In this document: in pieces, positions 27,901-37,420 of the stretch
Layout: the number at the start of each line of letters is the position of its first letter
Numbering within the stretch: position 1 is the first letter of the stretch
Source: a virus
Taxonomy: Duplodnaviria > Caudoviricetes
Strand: one strand, 5' to 3'
IMG/VR virus record: IMGVR_UViG_3300037755_000523
Coordinates: 1 to 59,734 of that record
Length of the DNA stretch: 59,734 bases
Notes under the pieces: generated by a model
What the model saw: the letters and a program-made list of their open reading frames with translations, nothing else
Database searches by the model: none
What the model was told of the DNA's origin: nothing
Made by a program: the position numbers and the translations under genes

Positions 27901-29661
27901 CTAGTCATCTCCCATCGCGTAGCTGATGTCAGTGCCGAGCCGCTCACCGTTGGACAGACGGACGGATGACAGATCAATGCCGAGCGTATGCAGTTGGTCG
28001 AGGCCGGTTGGTGCCACACCCAGTGCGTCCAACCGTCTGGCCGCTTCGCTTTTATATGATGTATGCGGCTTGACATTGCCATCCGCGTCACGCATTGCAC
28101 GCGCCAGCGCGGACGGGCCACCGTTCGGGTTATTGCGCCGCCAGTCCCTGACAAATGCTTCCCATTTGTATCCGTTCCCCGCCTCCGGGTCGGGGTGGTC
28201 TACCTCTGGTGAGGCCATTGGAACGGGCAAAGGAACGGGTGCGGAACAGGCATCAGGAACGGCTTCTGGGGAACGGCTAGGAACGGTCGCACCCTCAATC
28301 AGCCTCGGATACCCGCTGATCGGCGCATCGAACAGCAACCGGCGCAATTCCGGCGCAACGTGCCACGGCTGCCAAATCTGGCGGCGATACATGAATGCGC
28401 CACGGTCTGGTAGCGTGTCGGCTTTGTACTCGCGCAAATAGCTATCCTGCCCTGGTGCGACCTGGTAGACGAGCCGCATCTTCGTGGCGCTAAATACCTG
28501 TTGACTCCACTTCTCCGGGAACTGGTCAACGAAGCAAAAGTGAATGCCGGTCATTCTAGACATGCGCATCATCGAATCAATGTCGTGGTCGATTCGTGCG
28601 ATTTCTTTTTGCTTTTTGGTCGCTGCGATTTGCTCCCACATGTCACCGTACTCCTCACAAAATACCAGGATGTGCGGTAGCTCTTTCGTGCGCAACGCGT
28701 CAATGTTCGGCGCTTGGTGGTCTCGCAGAATGGCAGCGCGCCGGTCGTGTTCGCGACGGATGAGCGCCATTTGCTCGCCAAATATGTCCGCGTCGGTTGC
28801 GTTCCATTCGCAATGCACATCGAACCGACTCAGATCCGCGCCGCCTTTTGGGTCGAGGATCACCGGATGCCAGCCAAATTTGAGCGCCAGCAGCAGCGCA
28901 TGGAAGCCGGAACCAGTCGTTTTGCCGGTGCCGGTCGCGCCAACGATACCTAAATTTTGTTGAGTAGCAGGGTCAAACGCCACCGTTTGACCGGTGTCAT
29001 CCTGGCCTAGTAGCCACTTTTGCGGCGTCGATTGCGACAGTGCATCAGTCAGGCGCAACGGCTCAACTACCGGCGCAAACTCGCCATCTATCTCGTCGTC
29101 CGGTTCCGGCAATGCCAGCCGGTCAATCTTGTTGGCAAATGCACGTTGCGCCGGCATCCGTGGCATCAACGAATCGCGGCCAAACATATTCTCACGCGCC
29201 GTATCACCTGGATAGACGGCTTGCAGGTGGTGCGTGTTTTGCACCAGTGCAAAAATTTGCTGGCGCATCGGCCAACCTTCTGCCGGCTCCTGGCGGACAA
29301 TCTCGCCATCTGGCCGCAGGATGAAGCCTGCCGGCTCTAGGTTTGGGTCTAGGTGCTGTAACTCGCCTTGCAGAAAATACCATAGCGCCACCGGCCACGG
29401 CTCATTTTTGCACCAACGGCGAATCGTGCGCCGGATGACTGGCAACGAACCATCGCGGAACGTTCGATCTCGCCGCTCGCGCCGATTACGCAAAACGGCA
29501 ATTAACACAGCAATCACCAGGCCGCACAGCGCACAGAACGTCCAGAACATCCGCCAAATGACGGCCGCGAAAAGTTCCGGCTGCAGCGCCATAAACGCGA
29601 CCGCGACCAGAACGGGAGTAGCGATGATAGTTGCTGCACATCCGCCGGCCAGTTTTTTCAA
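27901..29661 (-). CDS. Membrane-anchored FtsK/TraB-like P-loop ATPase
   Basis: Two N-terminal TM segments; GATGTGKT; ILDPKGG; LVFCEEY; RMTGIH...DQ; helical C-terminal domain. Confidence 0.75.
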   Translation of the reverse strand: MKKLAGGCAATIIATPVLVAVAFMALQPELFAAVIWRMFWTFCALCGLVIAVLIAVLRNRRERRDRTFRDGSLPVIRRTIRRWCKNEPWPVALWYFLQGELQHLDPNLEPAGFILRPDGEIVRQEPAEGWPMRQQIFALVQNTHHLQAVYPGDTARENMFGRDSLMPRMPAQRAFANKIDRLALPEPDDEIDGEFAPVVEPLRLTDALSQSTPQKWLLGQDDTGQTVAFDPATQQNLGIVGATGTGKTTGSGFHALLLALKFGWHPVILDPKGGADLSRFDVHCEWNATDADIFGEQMALIRREHDRRAAILRDHQAPNIDALRTKELPHILVFCEEYGDMWEQIAATKKQKEIARIDHDIDSMMRMSRMTGIHFCFVDQFPEKWSQQVFSATKMRLVYQVAPGQDSYLREYKADTLPDRGAFMYRRQIWQPWHVAPELRRLLFDAPISGYPRLIEGATVPSRSPEAVPDACSAPVPLPVPMASPEVDHPDPEAGNGYKWEAFVRDWRRNNPNGGPSALARAMRDADGNVKPHTSYKSEAARRLDALGVAPTGLDQLHTLGIDLSSVRLSNGERLGTDISYAMGDD

Positions 29662-29672
29662 TGCGTGTCACC

Positions 29673-29753
29673 TCACATTGTCACCACGAGCCACACGAAC
29701 ACAGCCACAACAATCAGCGCAACCAGGACGTAGAGCGTGTTGGCGTCGATCAT
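29673..29753 (-). CDS. 26-aa single-TM peptide
   Basis: MIDANTLYVLVALIVVAVFVWLVVTM*, TAATG coupling; below the ORF track cutoff. Confidence 0.55.
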   Translation of the reverse strand: MIDANTLYVLVALIVVAVFVWLVVTM

Positions 29754-30469
29754 TAGGCGACCTCCACCTTGCTGTGTCCATTCGTGTGCTTTACCCAGCC
29801 GCTGACCGTGTTGCGATGCACGCCTAGTATCTCGCCAATCTGCACATTCGTAAAGCCTTCGCTCTTGAGTTGCTTCGCCTGTGCTTTTGGCGTCACCGCA
29901 CTAGCGGATTGTGCGTCTTCATCGCCCTGCACAATGGTGGGTTGCATTGTGCGTACTGTGCGCCTCGTTGTGCGTGACTGTGCAGGATCAGTGCCGCGCT
30001 CATGCCATCGTTTCAGCCCAAGCGCAACGAATGCAAACAGGCTGATAAATGGAAGCAGCGCCAGCACCCAATGCCCGCCGGTCCTCACTTCCAGGTTGTA
30101 GACCACCGTCACCACAATCGCCAGCACGCCAAACGATGCAGCGATAGCCATGCCTAGCGGGATTGCGTACCGTTTGCGATTGTGCAAGAACCCGTCCCAC
30201 ATGTGCAGCGCAACCTCGATGATTGCGAACAATGCAAGCTCCATCGCAAACGCAAACGCAAACGCCTGGAAGCGCGAGTAGCCTAAACTGTACTGGCTAA
30301 CATTGAACACGCTCACAGCGTTGGGCAGCGGCGCAAGCAAGGCAAGCGCACGGGCTGCGATGTCCGCGCCCTTGTCGCTCGTCTCCGTGGCAACAAACCA
30401 CAGCATGTGAATTAGTGCGCCGTAGTGGCGCTTAACAAACTGCACGTAAATGGGATGTTCGTTTTGCAT
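29753..30469 (-). CDS. Multi-TM protein with C-terminal HTH (Spd/DUF2637-like architecture)
   Basis: 3-4 hydrophobic helices; EGFTNVQIGEILGVHRNTVSGW. Confidence 0.65.
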   Translation of the reverse strand: MQNEHPIYVQFVKRHYGALIHMLWFVATETSDKGADIAARALALLAPLPNAVSVFNVSQYSLGYSRFQAFAFAFAMELALFAIIEVALHMWDGFLHNRKRYAIPLGMAIAASFGVLAIVVTVVYNLEVRTGGHWVLALLPFISLFAFVALGLKRWHERGTDPAQSRTTRRTVRTMQPTIVQGDEDAQSASAVTPKAQAKQLKSEGFTNVQIGEILGVHRNTVSGWVKHTNGHSKVEVA

Positions 30470-30589
30470 GGCCTCTCCTCGTTTCAGGATTGGCCGGGGT
30501 ATGGGCTATGATTCACACAGCCCCTTCCGGCGCTCTCGGATACGGGTCAGCCTGCTTCGCCGGGTCGCTCCGACGAGGCAGGCGTCAAA

Positions 30590-30811
30590 CTAATAGCGGC
30601 CTTCCATCTCCGCCTTGATGTCCTCGATCCACACGTCATCTAGATCGTACTCGTCACGCAAAATCGCGGCGGCAAAATAATCGCCCGCCAATTCTAGTTC
30701 GGCGACATGGCGACACATGTCGATTTCATCCGCTTCGCATAGGCGGACTTCGGCGTGAGCGCTCAGTCGAACGCTTGGTGGTTGGCTAGGGCCTGCAAAA
30801 TGTTGGGTCAT
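30590..30811 (-). CDS. Hypothetical protein with in-frame REP insertion
   Basis: MTQHFAGPSQPP-SVRLSAHAEV-RLCEADE... Confidence 0.55.
   Translation of the reverse strand: MTQHFAGPSQPPSVRLSAHAEVRLCEADEIDMCRHVAELELAGDYFAAAILRDEYDLDDVWIEDIKAEMEGRY
30746..30775. repeat. Single REP-like unit
   Basis: Reverse complement AGCGTTCGACTGAGCGCTCACGCCGAAGTC matches the unit at 22300. Confidence 0.8.
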
Positions 30812-31011
30812 GCTTCCTCTCCCGCCGCATCTTCCAGCGCACAGTACAGCGCGTCCACATCCACGCCGGCGGCCAGTAGCGCTGCGAACAGTTCGACCAG
30901 ACGAGATTGCTGCGTGCCGTCCGTGACTGGCAGCCTGGCAATCCATTTTGCCAGGCTGCTGATGCTGCGCGCCTCCATCGCTAGGCGACGGTCACGCATG
31001 GTCTGCGTCAT
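30808..31011 (-). CDS. Hypothetical protein
   Basis: GGAGG RBS, MTQTMRDRRL... Confidence 0.5.
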   Translation of the reverse strand: MTQTMRDRRLAMEARSISSLAKWIARLPVTDGTQQSRLVELFAALLAAGVDVDALYCALEDAAGEEA

Positions 31012-31273
31012 ACGGCACCTCCAGATGTCGCTCAATCCGGTCGATGCGCCGCTCGTGGTCGTCGGCGCGCACTTCGAGCGCCTTGATGCGCGCCATGCGG
31101 CCACCGCCGTTGCCGTCATCGCGAAGCGTGTCCCAATCCGCAATGATTTTGTTGATGAGGCCGCTAGTGTTTTCGTCCAGTTCCGGCCACATCTCCGTGG
31201 CACGGCCACGAACAATAGCGGTGGCGTACCTGGTCAAACGCACAGACTGCCGGATAATATTTTCTTCTGCCAT
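30992..31273 (-). CDS. Small RHH-like / coiled-coil protein
   Basis: RQSVRLT beta-strand followed by helices. Confidence 0.45.
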   Translation of the reverse strand: MAEENIIRQSVRLTRYATAIVRGRATEMWPELDENTSGLINKIIADWDTLRDDGNGGGRMARIKALEVRADDHERRIDRIERHLEVPYDADHA

Positions 31274-31362
31274 TTGTTATCACCCCTGAATCACCGGTTG
31301 CGTGATGTTTTTCACATCATAGCACGCCGCCGCGTCCGTTGTCAAGAGCGAATTTTGGCAAC

Positions 31363-31398
31363 AAAAAAGCCCCGCAGCGGGGTGCTGGCGGGGCTTCG
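31363..31398 (-). terminator. Intrinsic terminator
   Basis: AAGCCCCGC...GCGGGGCTTTTTT on the minus strand. Confidence 0.65.
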
Positions 31399-31419
31399 AC
31401 GTGAGACTTCGGCGTCCGG

Positions 31420-31641
31420 TTAAAGGAACTTTTCCGCCATCCGGTTGACGGCGTCCCGGAACTCGATAAACTCTGCTGGCGTGAACGTGATGTTCAGCAC
31501 GCCGCGTTCCTCGGATCGTAACATAATTTGCGCATATGGTTCCCAACGGTCGTCGGTCTGTGAATGTACTGCAATCACAACCGGGTGAGACAGTGCCGCA
31601 CGCGTATTGCGTTTGTGCCAATTGCGAACTTTGGCCATCAT
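31420..31641 (-). CDS. Hypothetical protein
   Basis: 73 aa. Confidence 0.55.
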   Translation of the reverse strand: MMAKVRNWHKRNTRAALSHPVVIAVHSQTDDRWEPYAQIMLRSEERGVLNITFTPAEFIEFRDAVNRMAEKFL

Positions 31642-31644
31642 CCC

Positions 31645-31815
31645 TCACTCCTTCGCCGCCCGCTCGGCGGCTAACTTGGCGTCCCAATCCCGCTTGCACG
31701 ACTCGCACATGCCGTGCGTGGTCGTGCCGGCCATCGGGCTGCCGTCTGGCACCGTTTGCGTTGACGGTGTGAGCGTCGCACCGCACCAGCCGCATACGCG
31801 ATATTGGACGGCCAT
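31645..31815 (-). CDS. 56-aa zinc-finger protein
   Basis: CGWC...THGMCESC; TAATG coupling; not in the ORF track. Confidence 0.65.
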   Translation of the reverse strand: MAVQYRVCGWCGATLTPSTQTVPDGSPMAGTTTHGMCESCKRDWDAKLAAERAAKE

Positions 31816-32111
31816 TACGCTACCACCTTATCCGGCGTCAGTATCAACGCTGCCGTCCGCGCCTGCACCATCTGCACCACGCTTAGTACATACACATCGG
31901 TGCAATCAGCCGGGATAGTCGCGCCGCGCACGGCCAACAGCCGGAAGCGTCCGCCGGACGTAACAATCTGGCAGCCGTCGATTTCTGGCCACACGGCAGC
32001 AAGACGTGCCTTGATCTCGGCGCGCTGGGCTTTCGTGATTGAAACGTCGTACAATTCGACCGGCTTGGATGCCGGAACGAAATTCTTGTATTGCATATGA
32101 TTTGATTGCAT
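31815..32111 (-). CDS. Hypothetical protein
   Basis: AAAGGA RBS. Confidence 0.55.
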   Translation of the reverse strand: MQSNHMQYKNFVPASKPVELYDVSITKAQRAEIKARLAAVWPEIDGCQIVTSGGRFRLLAVRGATIPADCTDVYVLSVVQMVQARTAALILTPDKVVA

Positions 32112-32184
32112 GGTAAAATCCTTTTTGCTAACACATCCTCATTGACACCCGGCCCGATGGCTCCACACCATTGGGCCGCTCCGT

Positions 32185-32394
32185 TTACACAGCCAGTTTC
32201 GCATGCAACCGCGCTTGGTCTGCGCGCGCCTGCATGTACTCCGCCTGCCCCGCTACATACCCGTCGCGCTCGGCGTCGGTGGCGCAGCGGTGGTATGGCT
32301 TGTCAGTCGCATAGAGGCGGCGACCGCGATTCTCCTGGTGCTCTCGCTGCGGAATGTGCGGCCCGAAAGCCGTCAAGAAAGTATTTATGTTCAT
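32185..32394 (-). CDS. Hypothetical protein
   Basis: AAAGGAG RBS; first gene after the promoter at 32470-32498. Confidence 0.6.
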   Translation of the reverse strand: MNINTFLTAFGPHIPQREHQENRGRRLYATDKPYHRCATDAERDGYVAGQAEYMQARADQARLHAKLAV

Positions 32395-32469
32395 GCTACT
32401 GCTCCTTTGCCCCGTTGGGGCGTGTGGTTCGTAATACTCCGTTTCCCGTTTAACTTCCCGTACAGAGCC

Positions 32470-32498
32470 AGTATATACCCAAATGCTATAAATGTCAA
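32470..32498 (-). promoter_or_regulatory. sigma70 promoter
   Basis: TTGACA-17-TATACT. Confidence 0.75.
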
Positions 32499-32550
32499 GC
32501 ATCAATTTGCTATATTTACGTATTTTCGTGAAAATTCCCCAAACTGTAAG

Positions 32551-32580
32551 CAAAAAAAGCCCGCTCATCTGAGCGGGCTG
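32551..32580 (-). terminator. Terminator downstream of the repressor
   Basis: AGCCCGCTCA-g-aTGAGCGGGCT-like stem followed by TTTTTT. Confidence 0.65.
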
Positions 32581-32744
32581 ACCAATTGTTTAGTTTTGTA
32601 AGCACCATTACGAAGGAATCGAAATGAAGCAACGATTAATTTGTAAGGAAACTGGTGTATTCTCTCCGAAAGGCTCCCAACATGGCTGAACTGAAATTCC
32701 CGGATTTGGTGCAATTGTCTGCGGTTGACCGCGTAGTATTTATG

Positions 32745-33407
32745 TCAGATTTGCGTATGTTTTCCACGGCTCTGATCGACCATGCTGTAGCCACTACGGC
32801 CACGGCTCAACTCATCCAGGCGGGAGCGGACAAACTGCTCCGCAATGGCGCGGGCGGCCTCGCCACCGGCGGCCGCGACCCGATCCAACCAGACTGATAT
32901 TTCCCGATCCTGGCGCTGAATTTCTCGCCATTCAGTGTCAATTTTTTTTATTTCGTCTAGTGCCAATACTCGCCAGTCCTCAGGCAGTGCGTCAATCAGA
33001 CGCCCGGCCTCGTCGGCTTGCTCGGACCAATGAGAGTTAATTGCATCGCCAGGAGACGCCGGATCATTGGTCAGCATGACCAAATAATCTGATGTGGTCT
33101 CAAGCGCCCTCGCCAGCACTGCGATTGTTTTCCAATTTGGATTTGCCCTCCCGCGCTCAACATCTGAAATATACCCCTGCCCGACTCGCTGTCCTGTAAT
33201 TGCCGCCATTTTATCAGCCAATTCTTCCTGGCCCCAGTCATATGCCTGGCGTAAATCGCGAACACGACGCCCCAAAGAATCTGCGAGACCTTTGCCCCGC
33301 TTCGCCTTGCTCTGCATAGCCAGAATCATACGCTGATTTTTTCGGCTATTGCTAGAATCACCGAAAAATGCCTGTTTTTCTATATTCATGCTTGACAATT
33401 GTAGCAT
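32745..33407 (-). CDS. XRE-family HTH repressor (CI-like); true start probably near 33317-33329
   Basis: LGRRVRDLR...WGQEELA...QGYISDVERG...LETTSDYL. Confidence 0.85.
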   Translation of the reverse strand: MLQLSSMNIEKQAFFGDSSNSRKNQRMILAMQSKAKRGKGLADSLGRRVRDLRQAYDWGQEELADKMAAITGQRVGQGYISDVERGRANPNWKTIAVLARALETTSDYLVMLTNDPASPGDAINSHWSEQADEAGRLIDALPEDWRVLALDEIKKIDTEWREIQRQDREISVWLDRVAAAGGEAARAIAEQFVRSRLDELSRGRSGYSMVDQSRGKHTQI

Positions 33408-33420
33408 ATCAGTGTATCCT
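33392..33420 (+). promoter_or_regulatory. Rightward promoter of switch 1
   Basis: TTGACA-17-TATCCT. Confidence 0.65.
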
Positions 33421-33461
33421 AGTGATTATTCACGAATCATCGTGTTTTTGGGGGAATTACC

Positions 33462-33680
33462 ATGACAAAGACGAAAAATCGACGGACACGCATCGAGAAC
33501 CGCGTAGGGCTGTACGTATCAGAACATACACGCAATCGCCTGAATCTGTTCAAGGCGCAATTGTCCTTTCGCAAAAAGCGTACTTGTAATCTTGACGATG
33601 CAATTACGCACCTACTCGATGAAGTGGCCGAGCCACTAACCGAAGAAGTCGAACTAATATCCGAACCCGAACTCGCCTAG
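33462..33680 (+). CDS. Cro-position small DNA-binding protein (RHH-like)
   Basis: Divergent from the repressor; VGLYVSEHTRNRL...LDDAITHLLD. Confidence 0.6.
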   Translation: MTKTKNRRTRIENRVGLYVSEHTRNRLNLFKAQLSFRKKRTCNLDDAITHLLDEVAEPLTEEVELISEPELA

Positions 33681-34140
33681 CCTCCCACACTGGCCCGTTT
33701 GCGCGGCGCAAGCCCCGCGGCGGGCCGGTGTTTGTTCCCACACCAGGATCCTTTCGCCGTGTCGAAAGGTAGCCTGCCAGGCGGAGCAGTGCCGCCGGTG
33801 GTGTTTGTTGTTGCTTGGTTGTCTCCTTTGGTTTGTGTGAGATGTGAGGTGTGCCGTTCCGTAGTCACGCGGACAAGGCTGTGCAAGCCAGCCTGCGGCA
33901 ACTTGCCTCGGCGCTCGTTTTCATTGACTGGTTCTCCGCCTTTTTCGGACGACACCGGGGCAAAATTTGACCGCCAGACGGCTGAAGCCTGGCGGTCGTT
34001 GGAGCGATGAACCGAGGTCACTGACGAAAGTTGGATATAGGCGGCTCCTTGCATCATCGATGTTCGTGCCGTCCACAACATAGCACCGCATCGCCGCTGG
34101 GTCAAGCAATTTGGCTGAATTTGGTCAACCGTAAGGGAAA
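33681..34140 (+). ncRNA. Candidate structured non-coding RNA region
   Basis: About 460 bp with no convincing ORF and several nested hairpins. Confidence 0.4.
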
Positions 34141-34145
34141 TCGTA

Positions 34146-34436
34146 ATGTCAGAGGGCCAAGCGTTGTTCAATGTGTTCCTTGTTTCCTTCCTGGTTGCCA
34201 CTGTGGTGGCTGTGTTTCGTTGGCAATTGCCTGGTCATCACATCACCCCCGCCTTCGTGGTGCTTGGCAATCTCGGCATTATCGCGGTGGCGTTTCCCGT
34301 CCTCGGCCCTGAAGACTCCATTTTTCTGTTCAAGCTAAACGCGGTCGCAGCCTTTTGGGTCTGCGTCGAATACTACGTTTCGGCATGGTATGCGCGCAAA
34401 CGTAAGGAGCGCCGACAACAGGAGCGAGACTTCTAA
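34146..34436 (+). CDS. Membrane protein
   Basis: Three hydrophobic segments, basic tail. Confidence 0.6.
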   Translation: MSEGQALFNVFLVSFLVATVVAVFRWQLPGHHITPAFVVLGNLGIIAVAFPVLGPEDSIFLFKLNAVAAFWVCVEYYVSAWYARKRKERRQQERDF

Positions 34437-34720
34437 TGCGACCACCGCAGCCATCGGACTACCGGCCACTGACCGGTGGCCGTAAGTGGAACGAGATCGT
34501 AGCCGACCTATTGCGCACCGAACATGAGGAGAAAGACAGCCTGCTCGTGTTGCAAGAATCTATCACGGTGCTATTTGGCAAAACGGACAATCCGAAAACA
34601 TTGCGCCACCTGCACGAAATCAACAGTGAGGCCACCCGCCTGATTGCATCGAAAATCCGGCGCATTGATTTGCTATACGCATTGCTGGCCATGAGGGAGA
34701 AAACGAGCGATGAGAATTGA
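34436..34720 (+). CDS. Hypothetical helical protein
   Basis: TAATG coupling. Confidence 0.6.
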   Translation: MRPPQPSDYRPLTGGRKWNEIVADLLRTEHEEKDSLLVLQESITVLFGKTDNPKTLRHLHEINSEATRLIASKIRRIDLLYALLAMREKTSDEN

Positions 34721-34932
34721 AATGAATGTAGTGGCCTGGCTGATGATCTGCGCCGCGTTGGGCGCTGTGGTGTGGGTGGTGTTGGGCGTGTGGTGGTTGG
34801 GGTGAATATCACGTTTGAGAACCAAAATTCTCATAAGCTATTTTAGGCTTGTATAAGGTTTGTACAATGATGCCTTATAGGGTTTGCACAGCCGTTCGGC
34901 GGCAAAACCTGGGCCATCGGAAGGAGGAGAGC

Positions 34933-35157
34933 ATGACCGACAACACAATCACGCGTCCAGCGGCGGAAATCCTCCAGATGCGTCCAACGCGAAAAATGCG
35001 CGTCATCAGCATCCTGGAATGCAGTGGCTATTGTCCGCATAGTAATTCTTGCACGCGCAACCCGGCCATCCCGCACAAGCTGCATATTTGCAGCAACAAG
35101 GATTGCCCATGCCACGGCCGGGCGCGCTATGAGGGGATGGCGGAGGTCAAGCCGTGA
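34933..35157 (+). CDS. Cys/His-rich small protein
   Basis: AGGAGG RBS; CSGYCPH...C...HIC...CPCH. Confidence 0.55.
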   Translation: MTDNTITRPAAEILQMRPTRKMRVISILECSGYCPHSNSCTRNPAIPHKLHICSNKDCPCHGRARYEGMAEVKP

Positions 35158-35289
35158 CCACCGCCGAACTGATTCTACTGGTCACCGTCGCGTTCGTGGC
35201 GCTGACACTGGACGTAGCATGGACATCTCGCAAGCCGCCGCATGGCTAGTGCTACCGGCGGCGATGTTCCTGGCCGGCTTGTGGCTGGC

Positions 35290-35385
35290 TTCGGCCTGAG
35301 ACTTCGGCGTGAGACTTCGGCGTGCGGTTCGGCAGGCTCACCGACCGGCCCCTGAGCGTAGTCGAAGGGCAGCCGAACGGCTGGG
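35290..35385. repeat. REP-like cluster
   Basis: GAGACTTCGGCGT x2, CCCTGAGCGTAGTCGAAGGG, CAGCCGAACGGCTG. Confidence 0.75.
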
Positions 35386-35590
35386 ACGAACTAGCATATT
35401 AGCCAGGCTCGCAACCGGGGCGGCGCTGAACTATGAGCCGGTGCGCCGGGCATCCCTTCATGGTGTCCTCCTTCCTGGGCCGCATGACGTGCTCCGGCCA
35501 GTCATAAGTCAGCGGCAGAGAGCCGAAACAATGAAGCCCGGCGGGGGCGTTGGGGAGACGCTTCCGCCGGGTGGACAATTTGAGGGGAAT

Positions 35591-35761
35591 ATGAAACATA
35601 AAACCGACACGATAAACAAATATTCGCTACCGTCCGAGCCTGGCAGCATTGCGTGGCATCTGGAACGTGGCGACAAGGCCGCCGCACTGCGCAAACTGGT
35701 CGAGGTGCGACGGTGGCTAGACGACATGCGCGTTGCGTTAGAAAAGGGGGGGGAACGTTGA
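35591..35761 (+). CDS. Hypothetical protein
   Basis: GAGGGG RBS, MKHKTDTINK... Confidence 0.5.
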   Translation: MKHKTDTINKYSLPSEPGSIAWHLERGDKAAALRKLVEVRRWLDDMRVALEKGGER

Positions 35762-36802
35762 TTAAATCACCGTTCCCGTATTTTCGGCGGAAAATCATCC
35801 GTCGCCGCGGACATATGGCAACGCTTTGGCGATGTGCCGAATTTCGTCGAGCCGTTCTTTGGCTCCGGGGCCGTGCTACTCAGCCGACCAAACTGGACGC
35901 CGGAAAACCGCGCACTAGAAACAATCAATGATGCGTCCGGCTACGTGTCAAACTTTTGGCGCGCCGTGGCTGCTGACCCGGAAGCGGTCGCCCATTATGC
36001 AGACTGGATTACGTCAGAAAATGATTTGCACGCCCGCCATGCCTGGCTAGTGCAGCGCAAAGATGAACTTGCCTCCCGTCTCGAAGGCGACCCAGATTGG
36101 TTCGACGCCAAAATCGCGGGGTGGTGGGCGTGGGGTATGTCCTGTTGGATAGGTTCAGGATTCTGTTCAGGCAATGGGCCGTGGCAATCGGTGAACGGGG
36201 AGTTGGTGAATATCGCTCAGGGCGACGCGGGGAGGGGCGTCAATCGGCAACTCGTCCACCTGGGCGACGCGGGGAGGGGCGTCAATCGGAAACGCGTCCA
36301 CCTGGGCAACAACGCGGGGAGGGCTGGCGAAGGCGAAGCTGGATTGGTTGCCTGGATGCAGGCGCTATCCGAACGCCTCCGACGCGTGCGCGTCTGTTGT
36401 GGCGACTGGACGCGGGTGATGGGACCAACGGTCACCGAGAAAAACGGGTTGACGGGAATTTTTCTTGATCCACCATACAGCGACGCTGCCAACCGTTATG
36501 CGGATTTGTACGAACAGGACAGCCTGGACGTTGCGCACGACGTGCGGCGCTGGTGCGTGGAGAATGGCGATAATCCCATGCTGCGTGTTGCGCTTTGCGG
36601 CTACCTCGACGAGCACGACGATCTTGAGTCCGCGGGCTGGGAGGCTTTCTCCTGGAAAGCGCACGGCGGCTATGGATCGCAGGGCAACGGCAACGGGCGC
36701 GCCAACGCGGCGCGCGAGGTGATTTGGTTTAGTAAATCATGCTTGCGGGTGAACACAGCGCGCACCATGAGCCTATTTGATTTGGAGCTTTCCCATGCGT
36801 AA
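35758..36802 (+). pseudogene. D12/Dam-class N6-adenine methyltransferase with a frameshift near the start
   Basis: LIKSPFPYF then GGKSS in the +1 frame; FVEPFFGSGAV; ETIND; FLDPPY. Confidence 0.8.
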
Positions 36803-36852
36803 ACGCAGGGGTATCTCAGAGATTTTGATGAGCGGTGGTTCAGGAGGCCGCC

Positions 36853-37116
36853 ATGAGGAAACAATACAACCGTAGCACCGTGTACACCTACATCTGCCAG
36901 TACAAAGCCGCTCATGATGGCGCGTCGCCCACACTGCGAGAAATCATGCAAGCGTGCGGCATATCATCAACGTCGGTGGCGCGCTATATCCTGGACGACC
37001 TCGCCAGCAACGACCTGATTCGGTTGCCAAGCGGCATTGCGGCGCGGGGCATCATGGTGACGGGTGGCCGCTGGATTGCACCGCCGCGCCCAGAGGGCAC
37101 CCGGCGCGGCGGCTAG
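36853..37116 (+). CDS. LexA-type wHTH DNA-binding protein
   Basis: SPTLREIMQACGISSTSVA...L...LIR...ARGI. Confidence 0.75.
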   Translation: MRKQYNRSTVYTYICQYKAAHDGASPTLREIMQACGISSTSVARYILDDLASNDLIRLPSGIAARGIMVTGGRWIAPPRPEGTRRGG

Positions 37117-37343
37117 GGGGCGGGGGTGCGGTGGGTGACGGGCTTGAACAAGTCACCAGGCTGAACGTCCGGATCGTACTTCTGGAAAAACTCGACCAGG
37201 GCACACAGGGATTCTAGCTCCACCGATTTTGTCTGATTGTACCAGTAGCGCCGAAGTTGCGTCATCGTCAAACCGGACTGGCGCTGTACCTGAGACATAT
37301 TTAATTCGTTCTTCTCTGCCAACTCATTGATTCTTAGTTCCAT
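37113..37343 (-). CDS. Cro/C1-type HTH regulator
   Basis: LRINELAE...SQVQRQSGL...LESLCAL...QPGDLF; AGGAG RBS. Confidence 0.8.
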   Translation of the reverse strand: MELRINELAEKNELNMSQVQRQSGLTMTQLRRYWYNQTKSVELESLCALVEFFQKYDPDVQPGDLFKPVTHRTPAP

Positions 37344-37420
37344 ATGCGGTGCTCCTAGTTTCGTTATGAATTATTTATGGTGTCAATTATGACACCGTGA
37401 GCGCAATATGTCAATAGTGA

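Noticed and set aside
36220-36306. 42-bp tandem duplication in the methyltransferase
   Set aside because: In-frame repeat (GDAGRGVNR...VHL) in a variable loop; no sign of a separate element
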